In this document: positions 16,194-24,765 of the stretch, in pieces
Layout of the letters: each line of letters begins with the position of its first letter
How positions within the stretch are numbered: the stretch's first letter is position 1
Source of the DNA: an uncultured Planctomycetota bacterium
GTDB taxonomy: Bacteria; Planctomycetota; JACOTG01; JAUIME01
DNA: 64,000 bases
Assembly: GCA_964597885.1 (NCBI GenBank)
Contig: CAZQZX010000007.1
Coordinates: 809-64,808 of the forward strand
Direction of reading: 5' to 3'
The notes under the pieces: generated by a model
What the model saw: the letters and a program-made list of their open reading frames with translations, nothing else
Told to the model about the DNA's origin: nothing
The model's database searches: none
Translations under genes and position numbers: made by a program

Positions 16194-18437
16194 TCAGTTC
16201 CCGCCACCTCCTCCACCGCCGCCGTTCCCGCCGCCACCACCGCCCCCGTTGCCGCCGCCGAAGCCCCGTCCCCAGCCGCCGACCGGGACGTAGCGACGGC
16301 TGTAGTAGTCCTGCGGGTTCACGGCGCCGTCGGCCCAGCTCGTGCCCGGGTTCCATACCGTTCCGGGGCCGCCGCCGCCGACGTTGAGCGCCCTCCAGCC
16401 GTCGTTCTCGAAGTGGAAGAAGTTGCCCTGCTGCGTGCGGCGATAGATGGTCCGGTCGCGTCCCACGTACACGTCGTTCTCGAGCTTGCGTGCGAGGCGG
16501 AGCTCGCTGCGGCGGCGGGCATCCGCGAGGGCGCGACCTTCCTCGCGCGACATCGGGATCTCGCCGTCCAGCATGCTGGCGGGGCGCAGCGGCCCGTCGT
16601 CTTCGAGCACGACGCCGGCCGTGTAGCTCGCCTGCGGCAGGCGCACGCGCTTGGTCAGGCCGACCTCGGCCGTGTACGGGCTGTGCGCGAGAAGCACGGG
16701 GTCGGCCTTGATGGGACCGTGTGCGTAGGGGCCGCGGATGTAGCGACCGCTCGCCGGGTCGAGGATCGACACCTCGCCGCCGCCCCACGGACCGTAGCCC
16801 TCACCTCGTCGGATGAACGTACCGTCGAAGTAGCTGTACTGGGCGGCGCATCCGTACGAGAACCAGGACGAGCGCGCGGCGTAGCCGGGTCGTCCGTCGA
16901 CGCGCCAGATCTCGGGCCAGTCTTCCTCTTCGATCCATGCGCCCGAGCCGAACACGACGCTCCCGCGGGAGATGTACGCGCCCTCGTAGCCGGCCGTGTA
17001 TCCGACGATCACGGTGTCTTCGTCGGACTCGTGGATGTTCACGTACGTGACGGGATGCCACGGGCTCGAGACGGGAATCGAGTAGATCGGTTCCGGAACC
17101 CGGTCGCAGGGCGTGAACGGCCCCTTCGGCAACAGCGACACGAACCAGATTCCCGCGCGGCAGCAATAGATGCGCTTCTCGACGCGGAACACGTCGTCGG
17201 GGCTGTTGACCGCCACCTCGACGCCGTTGGCTCCCTGGATCGGAGAGAACTCGGGCGCACCCGCGTAGGCGACGGTGATCTTGACCTCACGGCGGTCCAC
17301 CGCGGCCTTGCGCGGAATCGACGACAGGAGCATCGCCATGTCCGCCTCCGGCGTACCCGCGACCGAAGCGAGAACCTCGGCGGCGGCGTGGTTGCGGGGG
17401 ATCTCGCGGAAGTCGACCGGCAGCGTGATCGGCGCGGGATACCAGGGACCGTCGAGCGTCGCGGCACGGAACCAGCGTCCGGCGACGCGGTAGTAGTAGA
17501 GACCGTCCGTCTGATGACGGAAGATGTCGGCCTCGGTGTTCATCGCGAACGAGAGCTTCGTCGTCGGAATCGGATCGAAGCGCAGGGGCCCGTCGCTCAG
17601 GATCAGCTCGGACGGGCGCTGGCTCGTGAAGACCTTCGGGGCTTCCTTCAACCGCACGCCGGGGACGCGGTCGCGAACATCGGCCCAGTTCTCGTCGTCG
17701 GGGAGCTTGGCGAAGTCGGCCGGAAGCTTCTTCGCGATCTCCCACGGGCCCTCGAGCGGGTCCTCCGTGACGAGCCAGCCCTTGCCGTAGATCAGGAAGT
17801 ACTCGTTCGTCTTCTCCGAGTGGAAGACATCCCAGTTGGTGTTGATCGCGAAGCCGAGCTCGGTGCCCGGAACGTTCTGGAACTTGGGCGTGCCGAGGAA
17901 CTGCACGAGGATCGCCGGCGTGTCGCTTCGAAAGATCGGCGGCGGCGTGTACTTGGGAAGAACCTCGCGCTGTTGCCGTTGCTTCGTCCGTTCGAGGTTG
18001 GCGAGGATCCGTTCGAGCGCCACGTCGAGGGCTCCCTTGGGGACCACGCCGCGGACGACGGCTTCGATGCGCTCCTTGCGCTCGCCCATGACGGTCGGGA
18101 ACCACACTTCTTGGCACTCGATGTCATAGACGATGACGTTGTTCTGCGACAGATCGACATGCGTCTTCGCGATCAGCTGCGCGGCCCCGTACTCGTACTG
18201 ATCCTGCCCGTCGAGCGCCACCGCGATCGCGACCATCATGTCCATGATCTCGTAGTCTTGCCACGAGTCGACCTGCGGCTGGTAGAGGATGAGCTCGTGC
18301 CCCTCGACGCGCGCCACGCGCGGCCAGCCCCCTTCGCCGAGGCCCTGGGATTCCAGCTCGGAGCGAAACGTCTGAGGGAAGGCGGCGCTCGCGAGCGTGG
18401 CGAGGCTCAGGACGGCAATGCAGACGATTCTGGACAC
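16194..18437 (-). CDS. Large secreted hypothetical protein with Gly-rich tail
   Basis: GTG start after GGGAG; signal peptide; repeated aromatic W-x-x-x-x-L-x-GPW segments; C-terminal GGGNGGGGG repeat. Confidence 0.75.
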   Translation of the reverse strand: MSRIVCIAVLSLATLASAAFPQTFRSELESQGLGEGGWPRVARVEGHELILYQPQVDSWQDYEIMDMMVAIAVALDGQDQYEYGAAQLIAKTHVDLSQNNVIVYDIECQEVWFPTVMGERKERIEAVVRGVVPKGALDVALERILANLERTKQRQQREVLPKYTPPPIFRSDTPAILVQFLGTPKFQNVPGTELGFAINTNWDVFHSEKTNEYFLIYGKGWLVTEDPLEGPWEIAKKLPADFAKLPDDENWADVRDRVPGVRLKEAPKVFTSQRPSELILSDGPLRFDPIPTTKLSFAMNTEADIFRHQTDGLYYYRVAGRWFRAATLDGPWYPAPITLPVDFREIPRNHAAAEVLASVAGTPEADMAMLLSSIPRKAAVDRREVKITVAYAGAPEFSPIQGANGVEVAVNSPDDVFRVEKRIYCCRAGIWFVSLLPKGPFTPCDRVPEPIYSIPVSSPWHPVTYVNIHESDEDTVIVGYTAGYEGAYISRGSVVFGSGAWIEEEDWPEIWRVDGRPGYAARSSWFSYGCAAQYSYFDGTFIRRGEGYGPWGGGEVSILDPASGRYIRGPYAHGPIKADPVLLAHSPYTAEVGLTKRVRLPQASYTAGVVLEDDGPLRPASMLDGEIPMSREEGRALADARRRSELRLARKLENDVYVGRDRTIYRRTQQGNFFHFENDGWRALNVGGGGPGTVWNPGTSWADGAVNPQDYYSRRYVPVGGWGRGFGGGNGGGGGGGNGGGGGGGGN

Positions 18438-18570
18438 GTGGATTCTCCCGATTCCGTGGTTTTCGCGGGCTCCGGGGTTATCGGCAGTCCGGCGCGTCCA
18501 TCTGGATTCCTGCCTCAAACGCGCGCCCGCGGCCCGTACGTCGGCCGTCCTGGATTGTACCTCCCGCCGA

Positions 18571-18774
18571 CTAGCGGCCGGGGGACTGGTTTCGCTGCTC
18601 CGAGATCAGGAGGAAGATCCCGGCGATCTCGAGGATGGAGCCGACGCCCATCCCCACGAGGAGCGCAACCCAGTTCAGGTCTTGGCCCTCGGGGATCATG
18701 AGGACGGCGAAGAGGACGCCGATTCCCGTGGCGAGGCCTCCGGCGGCGATCAGGGCGATGGCGAGCGGCTTCAT
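18571..18774 (-). CDS. Small two-TM membrane protein
   Basis: 67 aa with two hydrophobic helices; AAAGGA RBS. Confidence 0.6.
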   Translation of the reverse strand: MKPLAIALIAAGGLATGIGVLFAVLMIPEGQDLNWVALLVGMGVGSILEIAGIFLLISEQRNQSPGR

Positions 18775-18895
18775 GATCGGATCCTTTCCTGTCTGGAGCC
18801 CCCGAGCGGGACGTCCGGTGGCATCGGCACGGATTTGCGCGGGGCCGGGGCCCGGCTTTCGGCTTCCGACGCGCCCCTACAGCCCGAGGCCGCGG

Positions 18896-21637
18896 CTATT
18901 CGAGGACGAGCTCGCCGACTTCTTCCCGGGGGCCGGCCACCAGCCCCGACCGCGACTGGAGCTTGCCGCCGGACGCGTCGGGGTCGCCGTATCGCAGGGT
19001 GTACGTGCCCTTGGCGAACACGCCGGGCTGGAACTCTCGTCCGTTGACCCGGGTCGCGTAAAGGACCTCGCCCGAAGCCTCGTCGACCACGTGGACGACC
19101 GGGCTCACGAGCGACTCGAATCGGATCTTGGGCAGCCACGCCACCGGCGTGCGACCGTCGTTGTCCGTCTGCTGGATCCGGATGGGCCAGCCCTCGAACG
19201 GCTTCGCACCGGGCTTCGAAGGGTCGATCCAGCGGGGCCAGCACTCGATCGTGATGGATCGATCCTCGCGGCCGAAGCGCAGGATGCCGTATCCGGGAGC
19301 GCGGTCGTAGAGTCGAGCCGGCTCGCGTCCGGTCTGCTCGGGATTCGCGACCGCGTAGACCGTCATCGCGTTGCCGAAGCCGTCGCGGAAGTCGCCGCAA
19401 TATCGGGGCGTGCCCTCGTCGCGATTCGCGCCGGGCTCGGCCGGGAACCATCGTCTCGGCCAGGTGTTCGCGATCGACGGCGTGCTGAACGCGTATCCGG
19501 CGTCGCGGAAGTCGTCGATTCCGTACCGGAGTGTCGCGCCGAGATGCTGGTCGCCCGCGATGTGTACGGCGCGCGCCCGACGCAGCTCGCGGAGCGCACG
19601 GTTGCGCCCCGACTGCGGCCAGCCGCCGGAGTCGGTGTCGGCGGCGTGCTTCTCGCCCTCGGCGTAGCCGCCCGGCTTCTGGATGGGAAGCGAAGGCGTG
19701 ACCGATCCGCTCTTCGCCTCCACCGGAAGCGTCGCGAGGTTCGTGAAGATGGTCTGCGAGAGGGCGACTTTCATCCACGCCTTCCGCGACCAATCGAGTG
19801 CCCATTCGCGGAGGAACTCCAGTTGACGATCGCCCAGCAGCTTGGCGCCGGGCACGTCGGCCTGGGTCACGGGATCGAAGTCGGGATTCTGGAACCAGCC
19901 GTTCTTGACCTTGCCGTCCGGGATCGCCACCGCGGGGGCCGACTTGAACTGACGGTCCGACAGGATCGCGAAGCTGACGCCCGCGTACTCGAGCCGCGTG
20001 AAGTAGACGCTGATGTCCTGGAGCGCGGGGGCGGGATCGACGGGCTCCGGCAGGTGGCTCGTCTGCGTGCGATGCACCGCGTTGACGAACCGCGGCGACA
20101 TCACGTAACCACCGCTATCCTGCGCCGAGAGGCCGTCCTTCGCCTCGGCCTTCTTTCCACCGGCTCCCCAGATGTTGCCGTGGTAGACGTCGTGGTCGTC
20201 GGGGACCACGATCGTCGGCCGTTCGCGCGTGAGCTCACCGAAGGACCAGCACCACCGGTACCACTTGTAGAGGTAATCCTGGATGGCGCGCTCCTCGGGC
20301 TTCCGCTGCACGGGCGTGAGGTCGCCCTCGTAGATCTGGTCGCCCGAGAAGTACAGGAGATCGGGATCGTGGTGCCGAACGGCGTCGACCAGCTCGCGGT
20401 GGGGAAGCCAGATTCCCGTGCGGTTCCACGCGAGGCCGCCGGTGAAGACCTTGTGGCAGGTGAGCGCACCGACGACGAGCTCGTTCGCATCCCATGGCTC
20501 GGCGCGGATCGTCCCCTCGTAGTGGGTCGTCTCGCGGGCACGCGGCCCGGTTCGCAGGTCGTAGCTGACGCGGAACCGCGCCTCTTTCGAACTGTCCCAG
20601 CCCTTCACGCTGAACGGGAACGTGCAGGAGTCCGGCTGATACGTCGCGGCGGCGACCGTCTTCCAGATGCCGCGCACGTCGCGCGTTTGCAGGCGCGCGA
20701 CCTTCGAGTCGGCGGGGCCGATCGGGCCGACCTGCGCCGTGAGATTGAGCGTGCCGTCGCTCACCGTGTAGAGCGTGCACAGGACGGGCCCGAACTCGCG
20801 GTCGTCGTGCCGCCGCAACATCGATCCGTTCACGTTCCAGTGCCAGAAGCGGAATCCGTGCTGACCGTTCTTCGGACCGAGATGCGAGACGAGCGCGACC
20901 GATCCGTCGACCTGACGCGGCTCGATGCCGCGCAACGTCGCCTCGCTGAGAAAGCGCCCGCTGTCGAGCTCGTGAGCTTCGAGCTGGAGCGTGTAGGTCT
21001 CGCCTTCGGGTCGGACGGCCAGGGTGAGGGCGATGGGGACGTGCGGTCGATCCTCGAAGCCCGTTCCCTTGCGCCACGTCGGAACCAGCAGCGGGGCGTC
21101 GTTCGATCGCAGCGGCCCGCCGATCGTCCACAGGTTGCCCTCCGAGTCGCCGCTCTCGTTGTCACGGAAGCCGACGATGCCGTTGCCGTCGACGACGGCC
21201 ATCAGCCCGCCGTCCCGCGCGGGGCGATGATGGACCATGGCCGTGATACGCGGATCGATGCCGGCGCCGCCCGCTCCGATCAGGAACCCGGCGAGCGCAT
21301 CGGGACGGGGCTTCGCGTTGCGGTCGACGGTCCCGATGACGACCGACATGTCGAGGGTGCCGTTGCGGCCCAGAGAGCGGGTCAACAGGTGGACCGTCCG
21401 GAGCGGAAGCCGCTCCGAAGCTTCGAGGCACTCGAGCCATCCGTCCTTGAGGCGCCAGTCCTGGAGGCGGTTGGCGAAGAGGTCGGGGCCGAGCCAGGTG
21501 CGCTCCAGGCCGAACCACTGGGAGAAATAGCGCGACGAGGGCCCGCCCTGGACCTCGACCTGCGCCCTGGCCTCACCGGCGGTCGCGAGCGTGATCCCGA
21601 TCAGAGCCGCGGTGATCCAGGCGGAGATTCGAGACAT
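18896..21637 (-). CDS. PhoD-like (alkaline phosphatase D family) metallophosphatase with N-terminal extension
   Basis: Signal peptide; TCH, SGDQIYE, PDDHDV, SDRQFK, GDQH motifs; AAGGA RBS. Confidence 0.82.
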   Translation of the reverse strand: MSRISAWITAALIGITLATAGEARAQVEVQGGPSSRYFSQWFGLERTWLGPDLFANRLQDWRLKDGWLECLEASERLPLRTVHLLTRSLGRNGTLDMSVVIGTVDRNAKPRPDALAGFLIGAGGAGIDPRITAMVHHRPARDGGLMAVVDGNGIVGFRDNESGDSEGNLWTIGGPLRSNDAPLLVPTWRKGTGFEDRPHVPIALTLAVRPEGETYTLQLEAHELDSGRFLSEATLRGIEPRQVDGSVALVSHLGPKNGQHGFRFWHWNVNGSMLRRHDDREFGPVLCTLYTVSDGTLNLTAQVGPIGPADSKVARLQTRDVRGIWKTVAAATYQPDSCTFPFSVKGWDSSKEARFRVSYDLRTGPRARETTHYEGTIRAEPWDANELVVGALTCHKVFTGGLAWNRTGIWLPHRELVDAVRHHDPDLLYFSGDQIYEGDLTPVQRKPEERAIQDYLYKWYRWCWSFGELTRERPTIVVPDDHDVYHGNIWGAGGKKAEAKDGLSAQDSGGYVMSPRFVNAVHRTQTSHLPEPVDPAPALQDISVYFTRLEYAGVSFAILSDRQFKSAPAVAIPDGKVKNGWFQNPDFDPVTQADVPGAKLLGDRQLEFLREWALDWSRKAWMKVALSQTIFTNLATLPVEAKSGSVTPSLPIQKPGGYAEGEKHAADTDSGGWPQSGRNRALRELRRARAVHIAGDQHLGATLRYGIDDFRDAGYAFSTPSIANTWPRRWFPAEPGANRDEGTPRYCGDFRDGFGNAMTVYAVANPEQTGREPARLYDRAPGYGILRFGREDRSITIECWPRWIDPSKPGAKPFEGWPIRIQQTDNDGRTPVAWLPKIRFESLVSPVVHVVDEASGEVLYATRVNGREFQPGVFAKGTYTLRYGDPDASGGKLQSRSGLVAGPREEVGELVLE

Positions 21638-21746
21638 CGATGTTTCCTTCCTGTCTTTCTGGCTTGGACTTATCGCGACAATGTAGCATGGACGAAACGG
21701 CCGAAATGCCTTATGCTCGGAGAGGATTTTAAAGGAGATCGGTCCC

Positions 21747-22745
21747 ATGCGCATCCTGACTGCCGCGGTGATCGCGGCCCTGCTGCTCGCCGTATTCGAT
21801 TCGCCCGCCATGGCTCTGCCTCGAGCCGGCAGCGTCCTGTTCTTCCCGCTCTACGATTCGACCCCCGGATCGGGCACCGTCATCGCCGTGACGAACACCG
21901 CCGGAAGCCGTCGGAGCTGCTCGGACGGACGCCTCGAGGGCGACGTGCGCCTGCACTACATCTACTTCGACGGTGACACCTGCCGCGAGTTCGACCGCTT
22001 CGCGTACCTGACGCCGGGCGACACGTTCACGATCCTCGCCGACGAGCACAACCCGGAGGGCGATCGGGGCTACCTCGTCGTGATCGCCAACAGCCCGAGT
22101 GGCGGGCTCGTCCACCACAACCACCTGATCGGGCAGGCCATCGTCGTGCAGTCCGGGCTCGACGTCGCGTGGGCGTACAACGCCTTCGCCGTGGAAGCCG
22201 TCGGGGGGGGCGATGCGTCGGACGGATGCGACCGCGTCGATCCCGACGATGCCGGCGACGGCGACTTCCGACCGGACTTCGACGGCGTCGAGTACGAGAT
22301 GTTGACCTCGGAAGTGGCGCTGCCGACGTTCTTCGAAGAGTCGGGCCGCTTTGACAATCGCATCGCGCTCATGTCGACGGCGGGCGACTACGAGATCGAG
22401 ACGTCGATCCTCATCTACAACAACGAGGAGACGGTCTTCTCCCGCAGCTTCGACTTCGAGTGCTGGTTCCAGGGACCGCTCAGCGACATCTCGGCCGTGG
22501 TCACGAACCTCGACGGAGATCCCGAGGAGACGGGCCGTGACATCCAGACCGGATGGCTGTCGATCCGCGGGAACCGCGTGCGCGACGGCAACGGCAACAT
22601 CGTGAACGACCCCGAGACCGGCCGGTCGATCAAGCCGGCGATCATCGGCGTGTTCATGCAGAAGATCCGCAACACCGACTTCGCCGCCGGCGACATCCTC
22701 TACGGCCGCGGCGAGGCGATCGACGGACTCGAGATCGGGTACTAG
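21747..22745 (+). CDS. Secreted hypothetical protein
   Basis: AAAGGAG RBS; signal peptide ending AMA; GSVLFFPLYD..VTNT core; Asp-rich loop DDAGDGDFRPDFDG (possible Ca binding). Confidence 0.8.
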   Translation: MRILTAAVIAALLLAVFDSPAMALPRAGSVLFFPLYDSTPGSGTVIAVTNTAGSRRSCSDGRLEGDVRLHYIYFDGDTCREFDRFAYLTPGDTFTILADEHNPEGDRGYLVVIANSPSGGLVHHNHLIGQAIVVQSGLDVAWAYNAFAVEAVGGGDASDGCDRVDPDDAGDGDFRPDFDGVEYEMLTSEVALPTFFEESGRFDNRIALMSTAGDYEIETSILIYNNEETVFSRSFDFECWFQGPLSDISAVVTNLDGDPEETGRDIQTGWLSIRGNRVRDGNGNIVNDPETGRSIKPAIIGVFMQKIRNTDFAAGDILYGRGEAIDGLEIGY

Positions 22746-23601
22746 TCGTCGCGTCGGGAGGCGTTACGGGATCGACCTCCTCGAGTGCCGACTCGACCTC
22801 GAGGAGCGTCGCTTCCGGAAGCCGGTTCGAGTGGATGCGCAGCCGGACGTGACCCGCGTGCTCGTCGACGACGAGATCGATCCGATTGCCCCCGCGCGTG
22901 ACGCGGATCGGTTCGCGTCGCTCGACGGCTTCGTCGAGCCGGTGCGCGACCCATTCGAGGTATGGGTCGTGCAGGAGGATCCCCTTGGAGTAAACCCGCG
23001 ATCGCGACGCGGTGACCCCCGGCAACGCGTTGCGCGCGAGCTCGGCCAGGTGGCCGATGCTCGCGTTCGTGACGCGCCCGGATACCGGTTCTTCGTTGCG
23101 GTTTCGGAACGCGTAGGGGGCCGGCCGTCGCACGGTCACCTTGCGCGCGTGGGCGCCCCCGAGCCCCGAACGGACCCCTTGCCCGAGGGGAGGATCGAAG
23201 TACTCGCCGAGCTTCTTCTCGAGGACGCGTCGATCGGGAAGGGGTGCGATCAGCTCGACGAGCACGAGGTTCGATCTGGGCCCGACGAGCCGGAGCCGCG
23301 CTGCGCGACCCGAAACGAGCCCCCGGCCGGCCCTCGATCCCAGTGCGGTCTTGCGGGTCGTCCGGCTTGCACGCGCGCGGCCCGATCGCACCACGATGCC
23401 GTTCGAAGCGGTGACCTGCTGCAGGCGGAACGCGTCACGGATCTCTCCCTTGCGGACCTCCCATTCGGAGATGCGCGTTCCGATCGGCGGGCTCGCGAAC
23501 GTGGCCCGCGCGAGCGCGGCGAGCCCGAGCAAGAGGAGGGTGACCCGTCGGCGGAACCGGCGGGACTCGACGGAAGGGGAGGGACGACCGGGGATGCGCA
23601 T
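22654..23601 (-). CDS. Hypothetical secreted protein
   Basis: Signal-peptide-like RRRVTLLLLGLAALARATFA; GAGGAG upstream; 3' end overlaps the convergent gene by about 90 bp, so the end is uncertain. Confidence 0.45.
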   Translation of the reverse strand: MRIPGRPSPSVESRRFRRRVTLLLLGLAALARATFASPPIGTRISEWEVRKGEIRDAFRLQQVTASNGIVVRSGRARASRTTRKTALGSRAGRGLVSGRAARLRLVGPRSNLVLVELIAPLPDRRVLEKKLGEYFDPPLGQGVRSGLGGAHARKVTVRRPAPYAFRNRNEEPVSGRVTNASIGHLAELARNALPGVTASRSRVYSKGILLHDPYLEWVAHRLDEAVERREPIRVTRGGNRIDLVVDEHAGHVRLRIHSNRLPEATLLEVESALEEVDPVTPPDATTSTRSRVRRSPRRGRRGCRRRRSRCCGSSA

Positions 23602-23689
23602 GCTCTCGACTCCTCGTTCTTCGGGGACGCCGTAGAGACGAGAGCGAGCCGTTCGGGTTACAGGGGTGTCCCGGAGATAGGCTTCGCGA

Positions 23690-24586
23690 TCATTGCCGCT
23701 TTCGTTCCTCGAGCTCCTCGAGGCTCTTCGGCCAGTCGCCCTTCATGAGCTGCGAGAGGGCGCGATCGGCGAGGAGCTTGCCGCCGGTCTGACAGGTCGG
23801 GCAGTAGTTCGTCTCGTTGTCCGCGTACGCGATTCGCTGGACGGGGGTGTCGCAATCCGGGCAGGGCTCGCCGTACTTGCCGTGCACGGCCATCTCCTTG
23901 CGGAACGCGGTGACCTTGTCGGGGAAACGGTCCCCGACCTGCTCGCGCGTGAGATCGATCCACTTCTCGAGAACCTCGCGGCAGGATCGATGGAGACGAT
24001 CGATCTCGTCCCCGTCGAGCTGATCGGTACGCCGCAGCGGTGATAGCTTCGCGTGGTGCAGGATCTCGTCCGAGTAGGCGTTGCCGATCGCGTCGAGGAT
24101 GCTCGGGTCGGTCAGCGCTCGCTTCAGCGTGTGTCGTCCGCGGCCGAGCGTTTCCCGGAACGCTTCGCTCGAAGCCTCGAAGACATCGAGACCGCCCGGA
24201 TCGTGGTCGCCGAGGGCGTCCTCGCCCCGTACTAGATGCAGAGACGCTCGCTTTCGCGGGCTGGCCTCGGTGAGCAGCAGCGTGCCGTGCTCGAACTCGA
24301 AGGTCGCGAGGCCGCGTTTGGCGGGCGGTTTCGTCCCGGCCTTCTTCCAACGCAACCGGCCGGCGATCATCAGGTGCAGGACGAGCCACAGGTCCTCGTC
24401 GAGTCCGAAGACGAGGCGTTTCCCGAGGCGGCGGATCTCGTGGATCTCCTTGCCGATCGCTTCCTTCCACGGCGGATCGAACGTGCGGACGAGATTCGGG
24501 CTGGTGATACGGATGTTCTCGATCCGGCCGACGACGAATCGCTCGAGGGATTCGCGATACACGGTGACGTCGGGAAGCTCGGGCAC
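23690..24586 (-). CDS. Fpg/Nei family DNA glycosylase/AP lyase
   Basis: N-terminal PELPDV, RLGK, HLMIAG, H2TH IGNAYSDEIL, zinc finger CPDC...YCPTCQ. Confidence 0.95.
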   Translation of the reverse strand: MPELPDVTVYRESLERFVVGRIENIRITSPNLVRTFDPPWKEAIGKEIHEIRRLGKRLVFGLDEDLWLVLHLMIAGRLRWKKAGTKPPAKRGLATFEFEHGTLLLTEASPRKRASLHLVRGEDALGDHDPGGLDVFEASSEAFRETLGRGRHTLKRALTDPSILDAIGNAYSDEILHHAKLSPLRRTDQLDGDEIDRLHRSCREVLEKWIDLTREQVGDRFPDKVTAFRKEMAVHGKYGEPCPDCDTPVQRIAYADNETNYCPTCQTGGKLLADRALSQLMKGDWPKSLEELEERKRQ

Positions 24587-24765
24587 GGGGCGCGTCTCTC
24601 CGGTTGCGTGGGATTCTCGTACTCGTGACGGCCGCCATTCTACGCGACGGAGGCCGGCGCGCGAAGAATCGTTGTTTCCCTGGGCTTCAGGATGGCGGCT
24701 CCAGGTGCGAAATCTTGCCTCTCCTCATGTGTCCGGGTCCAAGTACCAACCTCGGAGGAGATCCC

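Noticed and set aside
16194-16265. GGC/GGN-rich repeat
   Set aside because: It simply encodes the Gly-rich tail of the protein.
15006-21976. Very long + strand ORFs (1231 aa and 1113 aa)
   Set aside because: Antisense shadows of real minus-strand genes; Arg/Val/Asp-biased, motif-free and typical of high-GC DNA.
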